Assembly: GCA_905182635.1 (NCBI GenBank)
Contig: CAJJCM010000033.1
Location: 1-50,332 of the forward strand
DNA from: an uncultured Candidatus Poseidoniales archaeon
GTDB taxonomy: Archaea > Thermoplasmatota > Poseidoniia > Poseidoniales > Poseidoniaceae
Length of the DNA stretch: 50,332 bases
Reading direction: 5' to 3'
The first letter of the stretch is position 1, and every line of letters starts with the position of its first letter. The notes beneath the pieces are model-generated. The model was not told the origin of the DNA. It did not search any database and saw only the letters and a list, made by a program, of their open reading frames with translations. Positions 26,201-33,937 of this stretch are shown here, one piece after another. The position numbers and the translations under genes were made by a program.

Positions 26201-26397
26201 GTATCGGTTGCGGCACTAAGTGATGTTCCAGAACCAATCAAATCATCCTCAGCGGCACTTTCGAAACCGCCAATACCCTCACTTGTTTGGAAAAAGCCCG
26301 AAAAACCGACGAAAAGAGAGCCAAAAATCAACGTAGAGATGATTGCAGCATAGGCCATTTGATTGTGACTGAGAGACATTTTGAACACCATGCACAT
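23290..26397 (-). CDS. Giant secreted Ca-binding surface protein made largely of thrombospondin-type-3 (DxDxDG) repeats
   Basis: More than 20 repeats of the type DTDEDGLSDLLE, DTDFDGMSDGWE, DPDHDGLTNQAE, DTDGDGMPDGFE and DTDNDGWNDGPE are present. The N-terminal hydrophobic anchor or signal is AYAAIISTLIFGSLFVGFSGFF. A non-repeat insert lies near nt 24835-24985. The start may be Met at 26379 or 26358. Confidence 0.65.
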   Translation of the reverse strand: MCMVFKMSLSHNQMAYAAIISTLIFGSLFVGFSGFFQTSEGIGGFESAAEDDLIGSGTSLSAATDTDEDGLSDLLESTQYGTDPENPDTDFDGMSDGWEVAHGLNPLDNGESEDLLLDPTQAEDTQNANIENESDSWPDPEQGPNGDPDHDGLTNQAEQELGTDPQRSDTDNDNLNDLWESMYTQTVQTPGGNVTLFDPLNGNWDCLLLDQAMEDTLSTFYDSSEGALPSWDELGNAGGMHSCDMVLDTDEDGLPNFQEETYGTNPTSRDSDMDLLDDIVEIGNLTASLLTGVGENCNVPLLDPIVRQSPFAGYELSWFLMDMDDDGFLNGPSDWDTDGDGMPDGFEFCYSNVNDHPQNDAGMLLNPANASDGYGDWDEDGLNNFEEYQVANLFGPTNFTSPWRLDTDLDGMPDGWESTNGLHPRDGSNGNLDPDHDGWDVDRDGGVFYSTLESTTIVVGIDVLKDSWVEANSTVARGQITLAGGQKQTIAMLAPVSGYVYQIDVSIGQAVDSRLFRWMEIVEPEEQFTNLMEYNARDRDGDGIIDGRSTDPLNPDTDGDGLMDGIEVMGWEILVVNNGIMKTWVTSDPGLFDTDEDGLSDFDEFSSGCGDGGSNASNPDTDGDGELDQIEALTGYSWEGVPYFTSPCMFDTDNDGLEDGEEVIAGKDNFLTHANNSDTDNDSLVDGNEVLFVPRPYQNPTNPLLNDTDSDGMLDGWEMQVKSTQDNTNSHSLWVATSSWQRPGCVASQNNDCSMEAGGYVWQNNLGGFINEKKYSISEMNLSGFTVPLNNFCNCNGRWALDPSLDSMKDDTFDIDNDSLPNSAEAPDKWNTNPVDDDTDSDNLPDGWEVYYSGLALENGLVDNGTIDAYGARGVMDPSMPDSDLDGVMDGDEDPDHDGLNRSGLIKKYCSGYNDSSNSDCNINPDTPDGKKFYDNLENYTNFEEKENGTNPISNDTDNDGWNDGPEVYYQDHDDDGMSTGWEFHFQFDPQDPADRMLDSDDDGHVNFCEFKWDTNPRNPTSFPGQGELCDPFAQ

Positions 26398-26493
26398 CTG
26401 TGCGAATTCACCGACTTGGTGTTTCGGTTATAGACCTTAACTCTCGATGTTTAATCCCGGTGAAAGAATCAAACCTTTTTTTCATGGAAATCG

Positions 26494-27573
26494 TTAATGA
26501 GAATACGAGAGAAGTGATGTCAATTGGAGACTCCAATTTCCATTTTTAAGTTCAATCTTTACTTTCGCTTTTCTACCAAATCCTCGTTGCCAAAAAGCGA
26601 TGAGATAGGCAACAGTAAATGGAAGGAGTGGAGATGGTAGAAGTTCGAATTCAATACCACCCTGTTCATCGAGAGATGTCGTATCAAGGAATGTACCGAA
26701 ACCGAATGGTCGTAAATAGACTTCGACCAACTGATTCCAACTCTCATCATCCTGAATGTAAATAGGCCGTTCACTTTGAGAAATTACCTCATCAACAGCA
26801 AGCGAGGTTAGAATAAACGGTACCCAGGTTGATGATTCAATGTGTTCGGAGAATTCCCATGATTCGAGAATTTCTGGACGAAGAATAAGCCCCTGCATAT
26901 TCACTGATTCAAAGAGCCTCTGAAAGAGACCTGATGGAAGAAAGCAAGTGCGCTCACCCGAATGAGTCCAACCATGTTCAACAGATTTAAGGTCGAGTTG
27001 AACCGCCTTCACGTCAAAGAATGAGGGTCTTTTCGAATCCGAGTCCCAGTGAAACTGCGGCGGAGGGGGGGCTTGTGAGATTGAACGGAGATCTTCATCG
27101 AACTCGAGTTGGATTTGAACATTCGAAACTTGATGCCACTGGATTTTTCGCCGTTTAGAAATCATGCCCTCAACTGCTGCCAAAGCAAAACCGCTGCATA
27201 CCGGGGCGAGGAGATGAGAAAAAACGCGTGTTGCTCCAAATTCATATTCACCCCATCCCATTTGTGACCATCGGGTAGAGAGAGAATTCATGAGGCGTTT
27301 TTTCTTCATCAACCAACCAATTTGTAAAAACGAGGATTGATTGAAAGAATATTCTTCTTGGTCTGCCGCTGCATGCATTAGTTTCCGCCCAAGTGGGACA
27401 CCTGCATTGGTTTCAAATGCATGCCACCAACGATGGAAATCTACAATATTCCAGACCATCCAGGCCTGTTCAGAAGAATCCCGAATCGAACCATCATTCA
27501 CACATTGAAAGCGTTCCTGTATCAATAAAAGCAAGGATGATGAAGTAGAACTTGAATCTTCACCATCGGCCAT
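26494..27573 (-). CDS. Hypothetical cytoplasmic protein, possibly two V4R(4-vinyl reductase)/COG1719-like ligand-binding halves
   Basis: It starts 9 nt after the glyA stop. The first half carries VPLGRKLMHAAA...MGWGEYEFGATRVFSHLLAPVCSGFALAAVEGM, which resembles the V4R pattern (G.G...C..G...G). The second half has a similar FGFGTF...FTVAYLIAFWQRGFG. The resemblance is weak. Confidence 0.4.
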   Translation of the reverse strand: MADGEDSSSTSSSLLLLIQERFQCVNDGSIRDSSEQAWMVWNIVDFHRWWHAFETNAGVPLGRKLMHAAADQEEYSFNQSSFLQIGWLMKKKRLMNSLSTRWSQMGWGEYEFGATRVFSHLLAPVCSGFALAAVEGMISKRRKIQWHQVSNVQIQLEFDEDLRSISQAPPPPQFHWDSDSKRPSFFDVKAVQLDLKSVEHGWTHSGERTCFLPSGLFQRLFESVNMQGLILRPEILESWEFSEHIESSTWVPFILTSLAVDEVISQSERPIYIQDDESWNQLVEVYLRPFGFGTFLDTTSLDEQGGIEFELLPSPLLPFTVAYLIAFWQRGFGRKAKVKIELKNGNWSLQLTSLLSYSH

Positions 27574-27582
27574 ATTTTCGCC

Positions 27583-28896
27583 TCAGAAGGGATAACCGTT
27601 GATGTTTTCTTCATTGAAGCAATAACGTATTGTTTGGAAATCAGATTTTAGATGTGCTACGTCATCCTTTACTACGCTAGGGTCCTCAGAATGCAATAAA
27701 ACTCGAGCATATAATTTTGCGACTTCTTGCATTTCAAGCGTGCCCATACCTACTCGAGTTAATTCTTGTACACCAAGGCGTAGACCTGATGGTGTCAAGG
27801 CTTTCGTATCACCCGGTAGCATATTCATATTGGTAATGATTCCAGCATCTTCGAGCAAACGTGCAGCCTTCGTACCCGCACCTGAATCTGTATCACCATG
27901 GCGTGTCAATACCTGGTGAGTGGCAGTATATCCGCGAGATTCCGCGAGAACATCAAAACCTTCTGCAGCTAACGCAGAAGCAAAGGCTTGAGCATTCTTT
28001 ATGATGTCATGTGCATACGCAGTTCCATACTCTTCAAACTCAGCCAATGCGACAACTTTTCCTGCAACATGGTGTAAGTGGTATGAAGAGCATACTCCTG
28101 GGAATATGGCTGTGTTCAACTTTCGTTGGAATGATGGATCTTCACTCGATGATAAAAGGAATCCACCTTGTGGACCGGGGAATGTCTTGTGCGAGGACCC
28201 GGTCATGATATCTGCGCCTTCTCGCAGTGGGTCTTGGAAACAACCACCTGCAATCAACCCCAATACATGCGCTCCGTCATACATAACTGAAGCACCGACT
28301 TCATGTGCTGCATCTGCAATTTCTCGTAATGGAGTAGGGAACAAGAATACAGATTGCCCGACAAGGGCAACTCGAGGTTCTAATTCACGAATAAGAGAAC
28401 ACGCACCATCGATGTCTGGCTCCATACGTTCCTCGTCCCAAGGATACGTCGATAAATCCAGGTCTCGAAGTCCAACTGCACCCATTCGGGCATGAGATAT
28501 ATGCCCCCCATCTGCGGTCGAGACCGCAGTAATTTTATCACCGGGTTTGGCAAGTGCTTTCAGTCCACCAATGTTTGAAACCGTTCCTGATGTTGACTGA
28601 ATGTTGGCAAATGGGGCATTAAACACTTTCCGTGCCAATTCAATACCGAGACTTTCAATGGTGTCAAAATCATCACACCCTTGGTAATAACGCTTACCAG
28701 GGAGACCTTCGGCGTACCTTCCATGCAAGTCGCTCGAGACAATTTTTTGAACCATAGGAGATACAATGTTTTCTGAAGCGATCATGCCCAGACCGTTACG
28801 ATACAAATTGCCACTTGCTTCAGTGGCTGAAAGTACAGTTTGAGCTTTTGAGAGAGTAGACTTACTCGGAGACCAAGTCCCACGTTCACGCTGCAT
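27583..28896 (-). CDS. glyA: Serine hydroxymethyltransferase
   Basis: GLGMIASENIVSP, the PLP-Lys motif TGSSHKTFPGPQGG and VALVGQSVFLFP are present. The ORF-track start at 28950 is TTG, so ATG 28896 (MQRERG...) was chosen. Confidence 0.85.
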   Translation of the reverse strand: MQRERGTWSPSKSTLSKAQTVLSATEASGNLYRNGLGMIASENIVSPMVQKIVSSDLHGRYAEGLPGKRYYQGCDDFDTIESLGIELARKVFNAPFANIQSTSGTVSNIGGLKALAKPGDKITAVSTADGGHISHARMGAVGLRDLDLSTYPWDEERMEPDIDGACSLIRELEPRVALVGQSVFLFPTPLREIADAAHEVGASVMYDGAHVLGLIAGGCFQDPLREGADIMTGSSHKTFPGPQGGFLLSSSEDPSFQRKLNTAIFPGVCSSYHLHHVAGKVVALAEFEEYGTAYAHDIIKNAQAFASALAAEGFDVLAESRGYTATHQVLTRHGDTDSGAGTKAARLLEDAGIITNMNMLPGDTKALTPSGLRLGVQELTRVGMGTLEMQEVAKLYARVLLHSEDPSVVKDDVAHLKSDFQTIRYCFNEENINGYPF

Positions 28897-28946
28897 AAAC
28901 CTTGTTTGTGTAGTCGGTCTTTGAACCCATTGTAGCCAAACAATGG

Positions 28947-31900
28947 TCAATCAAATGAGAGTAAATCATCATCATCACTTTCTCGAGTTTCATTTCGAGT
29001 ATTTGATGGCCGGACATTAGGACCGGGGCGCTTACTGCCAACACGAATCTCGGAATCCGAATGATTATGTTTCGTTGGGCGTTCAGATACACGGGTGTTT
29101 ATTGGAATGCCTCTTGTTTCTAAATTGATTTCTGAAACAGGGCGACTTGCGGGGCTTGAAACAGGTGCATGTTTCATTGATTTACCGGATTTTTTCTGGA
29201 TGTGTTGTTGACGGCCTCGGTATGCAACAGCCCCAATCAATCGTTCAAGTACTGGAATATCTGCGCCGTCCTCCTTTGGACGTTTCAACCACCAACCTTC
29301 ACCAAGTGGTTGTAAGCGGGGCGGTCGAGATTTAGCCATTGTTTTAGCTTGGCGCTTCAAGCGTGCTTTGACTGATTTTTCAGAATCTTGAGGCAAACGA
29401 ACGGTCATCCAGCCAGGAAGTCCAACATCGAAAACAACACCATTTACGGTAACCAACATTCCCGAAAGCAAAAGATGTGTTCCGACTGGAATATTTGCCC
29501 TTTCCGGCTGCACTTTGAAACGCTTCATACGCTTTGAATATGCGACCATCCCTTTTTGGTCACGATGGCGGATAACTCGTCGTTGTTGACGAGCAAAACG
29601 CTTCGCTCCAAATTGAATCATGAACAATGTAAGTACAACCAAAACACCCTGACTATGGCCGATTTCTTGTGAGACATAAATTCCAAGAACAATCCAAATA
29701 GGCATTAATACAAGAACCTGAAATACCCTCTTCAAAGTACTCGCCCGGTAAATTGGCGGCATGCCTCTTCGGGAGGCCTCATGTGATGCTACAAGCACAT
29801 TGGCATTGATTGCCTCATCCATCCCGCCACGAACCATAAGTCCTGCAATTGCATTAACAGGTGCAGAATTAATCCATTTCTTCATCTTCTTGCCAACACC
29901 AACAGCAAGAGATACTTCCATTTCCTCTTCATCTACGACTTGCCCAAGAATACTACTCAGTGCCAAAACACGTGGGTCTTGAGGATCGCTTTCTTTCAAT
30001 TCAGTCAAGATTGAACGAGCGCTGTGCCAATCTCCTTTATCGATGAGACAGAGTGATGTCGCAATACGTGGACGTACACCTGTCGGTTGTTCGCGTACCA
30101 ATTTCAATGAGAGTTCAAGAGCCTCGTCATGTTTACGGTGTGCACGGAGAAGTGAAACCATCGAAAGTTGCGCTACATGTGTCAAACGGTCATTATGAAT
30201 TGATTCATCATTCGGAGTTGGCTGCCATCCACGAAGCATACGCATGAGTGATTGAAGGTGATCGATGCATGAATTATTTTCCCAATCCCAGAAATCGTCT
30301 TCAGTAACCATGCCTTGCCACGGGTCAAGCCATTCACATACGAAAGCTAACAGTTCAGGCTCATCGTAACCTTCCGCCTGTTGCAAGCCATGAATTGATT
30401 CTCGAGCGGCATCTAATCTACGAGAGGCCATATGGCCAACAGCGACGACCATTCGAGTGACATCGTCGTCCCCACCAGCCTGTGCAAGAACCTTGCGTGC
30501 TTCTTCGATTGCACTTGGCCATAAACCACGGATTGCAAGTTCCCACATGCGTGCTCTCGCCTTTTCATGACGAACGAGGGCTGAATCTCCCTTGATTGAA
30601 CGACGCTGGAATTGAATGAGTCCATCAAGGTCTTCTCGAATAGCGGCATCGTCAACGAGTTCTCGCATCCAATCGCCACCAGCAAATTTCACTGCACCTT
30701 CTCTCCGTTCATCAGGATTCAAATCAAACCGCAACTTGCGTAACGGAGAAAATCGGGCAATTGAAAGAAGCCAAGTAAACAAGAAGATTGCCTGGCCAAA
30801 TGCGATGAACATCCATGTCGACAATAAGCGGTTACCTTCGTCAAATCCATTCGATTCAAGCGCATTTGTATACGGCATCAAATCGCCAAATTCTTTGTAA
30901 CAAACCAATACCAAGAGAAGTACAGTGTATCCAGAGAACCCAGCGAATGCGAACGTCAGTTGGCGTGTTTGCGCTTTAACTTCTGTTCGTATCTCACGTG
31001 GAGAGTCAAGGGTCACACCAAAAAGTCCACCGAAAGTTTGTCCACCCAAAATTAAGTTCCGAGTTAATTCAAAGATGAAAGCCAATCCCACGATTGCAAT
31101 ATTAAGTGATAAATACAGTGATAAAAATTGAGGGATTGACTTTACAAATTGCCACTGGAAGAGTAAATCAGAAATAAAATCGATCCGCGTATAAATAGAG
31201 TGGCCAATAATACCACCAAAATTCAGAACCTCAGTTGCGTTACTCGGCTCGTTAAATAAAACATAAAAGACAGTTACAATTCCGTTCAATGCCGTAAGTG
31301 GCATAGTCACTAAAAACATCACCAGAAGGAGAGAAAATAGACGATTGAAAAATCTCGGTTTTTCAGGGTCAATAGGGTTCGGACGCCCGTTTGCAGTGCG
31401 CCATTTATTGATGATGAGCATGTTCCAAGAGGCACCCATGATTCGGCCATATGCCATGATTGTTGGCGACATGAAGGTAAGCATACCTGCAGCCAGCCAA
31501 ACTGGCGAAAGTGATTTATCGGGACTGGTTTGAATCCCATACCATAAGGTCGCAAGAGTGGCGGCAATCAAGAATACGAGCGTCAGAAGTCTACGTACGA
31601 AACTCTTGAGTTTACGAATTTTCAATTTATCGGAACTCATACCAATCAATTGAGCATTCAGAGTTTCCCAAGGTGAAATAAGTACTGGAATTGCAATCAA
31701 AATACCGGCAACAATTAAATCGGGCTTGAAATATATTTCCGGGTCAAACAATAATTCAGCAATAAGAATCAAGATTCCAGTCATACCCATCATGTAAAGT
31801 CCGATGCCGTACCCAACTGCCCCTTGCTTGAGAAGTGAACGGGCATCAGCAACACTTCCTGTGATTTTGTGAACTTCGTATAAGTCATTATCAATTTCGA

Positions 31901-32108
31901 AGGCCACTTGAAGATGTGCGAGTTGATTTGGAATAAACCATCTCCAGACGGGTAGCGCAATTGCAAAAGCGATAAACATTGGCAAAAAGTACTCAAATTT
32001 AAATTCATGAACTTCTGCTATTTGATTAGCAGAAACGGGTTGAATGAAGAAAAGTGTGAAAAAAGTGGAAAAAATTAAAACACGGAACCTTACACCCGCT
32101 TTGCCCAT
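28947..32108 (-). CDS. Large polytopic membrane protein with central TPR/helical-repeat region, second TM pair, beta domain and basic disordered tail ending in an acidic DDDDLLSFD
   Basis: There are ~10 hydrophobic segments in the first ~450 aa. A helical region runs ~aa 480-740 (LAIRGLWPSAIEEARKVLAQAGG..., LRAHRKHDEALELSLKLV, DKGDWHSARSILTELKESDPQDP). Two further TMs follow (VFQVLVLMPIWIVLGIYV, GVLVVLTLFMIQF). The tail is Lys/Arg/Ser/Pro-rich. No family was recognised. Confidence 0.55.
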   Translation of the reverse strand: MGKAGVRFRVLIFSTFFTLFFIQPVSANQIAEVHEFKFEYFLPMFIAFAIALPVWRWFIPNQLAHLQVAFEIDNDLYEVHKITGSVADARSLLKQGAVGYGIGLYMMGMTGILILIAELLFDPEIYFKPDLIVAGILIAIPVLISPWETLNAQLIGMSSDKLKIRKLKSFVRRLLTLVFLIAATLATLWYGIQTSPDKSLSPVWLAAGMLTFMSPTIMAYGRIMGASWNMLIINKWRTANGRPNPIDPEKPRFFNRLFSLLLVMFLVTMPLTALNGIVTVFYVLFNEPSNATEVLNFGGIIGHSIYTRIDFISDLLFQWQFVKSIPQFLSLYLSLNIAIVGLAFIFELTRNLILGGQTFGGLFGVTLDSPREIRTEVKAQTRQLTFAFAGFSGYTVLLLVLVCYKEFGDLMPYTNALESNGFDEGNRLLSTWMFIAFGQAIFLFTWLLSIARFSPLRKLRFDLNPDERREGAVKFAGGDWMRELVDDAAIREDLDGLIQFQRRSIKGDSALVRHEKARARMWELAIRGLWPSAIEEARKVLAQAGGDDDVTRMVVAVGHMASRRLDAARESIHGLQQAEGYDEPELLAFVCEWLDPWQGMVTEDDFWDWENNSCIDHLQSLMRMLRGWQPTPNDESIHNDRLTHVAQLSMVSLLRAHRKHDEALELSLKLVREQPTGVRPRIATSLCLIDKGDWHSARSILTELKESDPQDPRVLALSSILGQVVDEEEMEVSLAVGVGKKMKKWINSAPVNAIAGLMVRGGMDEAINANVLVASHEASRRGMPPIYRASTLKRVFQVLVLMPIWIVLGIYVSQEIGHSQGVLVVLTLFMIQFGAKRFARQQRRVIRHRDQKGMVAYSKRMKRFKVQPERANIPVGTHLLLSGMLVTVNGVVFDVGLPGWMTVRLPQDSEKSVKARLKRQAKTMAKSRPPRLQPLGEGWWLKRPKEDGADIPVLERLIGAVAYRGRQQHIQKKSGKSMKHAPVSSPASRPVSEINLETRGIPINTRVSERPTKHNHSDSEIRVGSKRPGPNVRPSNTRNETRESDDDDLLSFD

Positions 32109-32156
32109 AAATTACTCGATAGTGAACCATGCCATCAAAGCATCGCAGGCAATATG

Positions 32157-33377
32157 TTAATCCAAATCGCGATGACGGAGCAAAAACGCTTCTATTCTGT
32201 CAAATGCATCATTGAGTATTTCGACATCGGGGAGGTATACAATTCGGAAATGTCCTTTTCCGAGTTTTGGTGAAAAACCGCTACCATGAACGACTAAGAC
32301 ATGCTCTTCATGCAATAAATCTAAGACGAACTGTTTGTCGTCTTCAGCCCATTTTGCATCAGTTAGACGAACAAACATGTAGAATGCGCCACCTGAAGAT
32401 TGAACTTCGAGTCCTTCGATTTGTGAAATCCGTTTGATACAAACATCACGTTGCCGAATGACTTTTTCCGAATAGCCCAACATCCATGAGCGATCGGATT
32501 CCAAACCAGCAAGATAGCCAAATTGAGCCGGTGTTGAAGCGCACAAACGTGCGCGTAGCATTCGTTCAATACCATCACGGACATTCAACATGCGATGGGT
32601 CGGGTCGTGAATGGCCAGGTATCCTATTCTCCATCCTGGTGCATAATAGACCTTTGAAACACCATTGAGTGTAAAAACGGGCACATCTGTCGAGAGGCTT
32701 GCCACACTTTTTTGCGTTCCTGTAAAATCAAGACCATCATAAATCTCATCAGCAACAATCATGCAATTCGGCCATTTTCGGGCGATGGAAAGAAGGTGCT
32801 CAATTTCTTCCGCACCTGCAACACTTCCACACGGATTGTTCGGGTTAATCAAAACTAAAAGACGAACGGTTGAATCCATTTTTGACTCAATGTCTTCCAA
32901 ATCGAGTTTCCATCCATCATCTGGGCGAAGTCTGTATTCAATAGTTTGCGCACCATACATTTGAGGGTAGGCCATGTAAGGAGGGTAGTGTGGACCTGGT
33001 GCTAACACTGTATCGCCCTCAGAAAGAACAGATGCAAAGAGAATCTGCAATGCCTCTGTGACGCCATGGCAGACATAAATATCCGAATCTTGGGCATCCC
33101 AGCCCTTTCTTTGTTCATCTTTTGCGATTGCATTTCGCAATTCAGGCAATCCATAGGATGGAGAATATCCGTTTCTTCCAGCACGGAGTGCATTGACATA
33201 CGCATCAACCATGTGTGGGGGTGTTGGTAAACCAGGATAGGCTATTGGGTCACCTATATTGAGCTTCAATATTTGGTGCCCTTGGGCCTCAAGGGCAATG
33301 GCGGGAACAACAACATCACGTATTGCATACTCAATATTCGAGGCTCGAGCAGCGACCGGTATTTGTTCATCGGACAT
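32157..33377 (-). CDS. Class I/II aminotransferase, archaeal alanine aminotransferase-like
   Basis: ASNIEYAIRDVVVPAIALEAQGHQILKLNIGDP closely parallels the Pyrococcus AlaAT N-terminus. INPNNPCG and the PLP-Lys motif NGVSKVYYAPGWRIGY are present. The track start (33428) is TTG, so ATG 33377 was chosen. Confidence 0.8.
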   Translation of the reverse strand: MSDEQIPVAARASNIEYAIRDVVVPAIALEAQGHQILKLNIGDPIAYPGLPTPPHMVDAYVNALRAGRNGYSPSYGLPELRNAIAKDEQRKGWDAQDSDIYVCHGVTEALQILFASVLSEGDTVLAPGPHYPPYMAYPQMYGAQTIEYRLRPDDGWKLDLEDIESKMDSTVRLLVLINPNNPCGSVAGAEEIEHLLSIARKWPNCMIVADEIYDGLDFTGTQKSVASLSTDVPVFTLNGVSKVYYAPGWRIGYLAIHDPTHRMLNVRDGIERMLRARLCASTPAQFGYLAGLESDRSWMLGYSEKVIRQRDVCIKRISQIEGLEVQSSGGAFYMFVRLTDAKWAEDDKQFVLDLLHEEHVLVVHGSGFSPKLGKGHFRIVYLPDVEILNDAFDRIEAFLLRHRDLD

Positions 33378-33424
33378 TGCAATCGTACTCCGGTAATCGA
33401 AAATACATTTGAAGTTTGATGTCC

Positions 33425-33901
33425 TCAAAGTTGATGCCGTGAAATACCACCCATTGCTAAGATGATATCAAAGTCGGATTCATTTACTGGTTGGACTGAA
33501 AGACGCTGGCCCTTTCGTATGAGGAGCATGTTTTCACAAGCCGGATTATTACGCACCTCTTCCAATGGGACTATGTTTGCAAATATCTTGACCGCTTCGA
33601 TATCAACCATCATCCATCTTGGATTATCAGGTGTTGCTTTTGGGTCGAAATAGTTAGAATTAGGGTCTTGTGCAGTATGGTCTGGATATCCCTCTTGGCT
33701 AACTCGGGCGACTCCAGCAACATGAGGGGGCTTGAAATTGGAATGGTAAAACAAAACCAAGTCACCTCTTTTCATATCATCACGCATCATATTACGTGCT
33801 TGATAATTTCGAACACCATCCCAATGCGTTGAACCATCTGCAACCAGTTGCTCAAAAGGATAGACATTTGGCTCCGATTTCATCAACCAATAGTTGACCA
33901 T
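33425..33901 (-). CDS. EVE domain protein (PUA-like fold)
   Basis: MVNYWLMKSEPNVYPFEQL...HWDGVRNYQARNMMRDDMKRGDLVLFYHS...PHVAGVARV is the canonical EVE/Thy28 pattern. Confidence 0.75.
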   Translation of the reverse strand: MVNYWLMKSEPNVYPFEQLVADGSTHWDGVRNYQARNMMRDDMKRGDLVLFYHSNFKPPHVAGVARVSQEGYPDHTAQDPNSNYFDPKATPDNPRWMMVDIEAVKIFANIVPLEEVRNNPACENMLLIRKGQRLSVQPVNESDFDIILAMGGISRHQL

Positions 33902-33937
33902 GGTGGACCCAAGCGTAGGGGCTTCTTGGTATTGTTG

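Noticed and set aside
23300-26300. Periodic gat/gac-rich DNA (also at 16706-17470) that could be mistaken for a tandem repeat array or a CRISPR-like structure
   Set aside because: The periodicity is in-frame and degenerate, encoding DxDxDG loops. There are no exact direct repeats with unique spacers and no cas genes. These are coding repeats.
28001-28495. 164-aa plus-strand ORF inside glyA
   Set aside because: It is antisense to a gene with unambiguous SHMT motifs, a typical shadow ORF. The same reasoning applies to 38151..38636 (antisense in valS), 23164..23652, 45968..46375 and 48404..48814.
28947-28950. 4-nt start/stop overlaps suggesting translational coupling (28947-28950, and also 33425-33428)
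   Set aside because: In both cases the overlapping start is a TTG chosen only because it is the most upstream possible start. Homologue-consistent ATG codons lie ~50 nt downstream (28896 and 33377).
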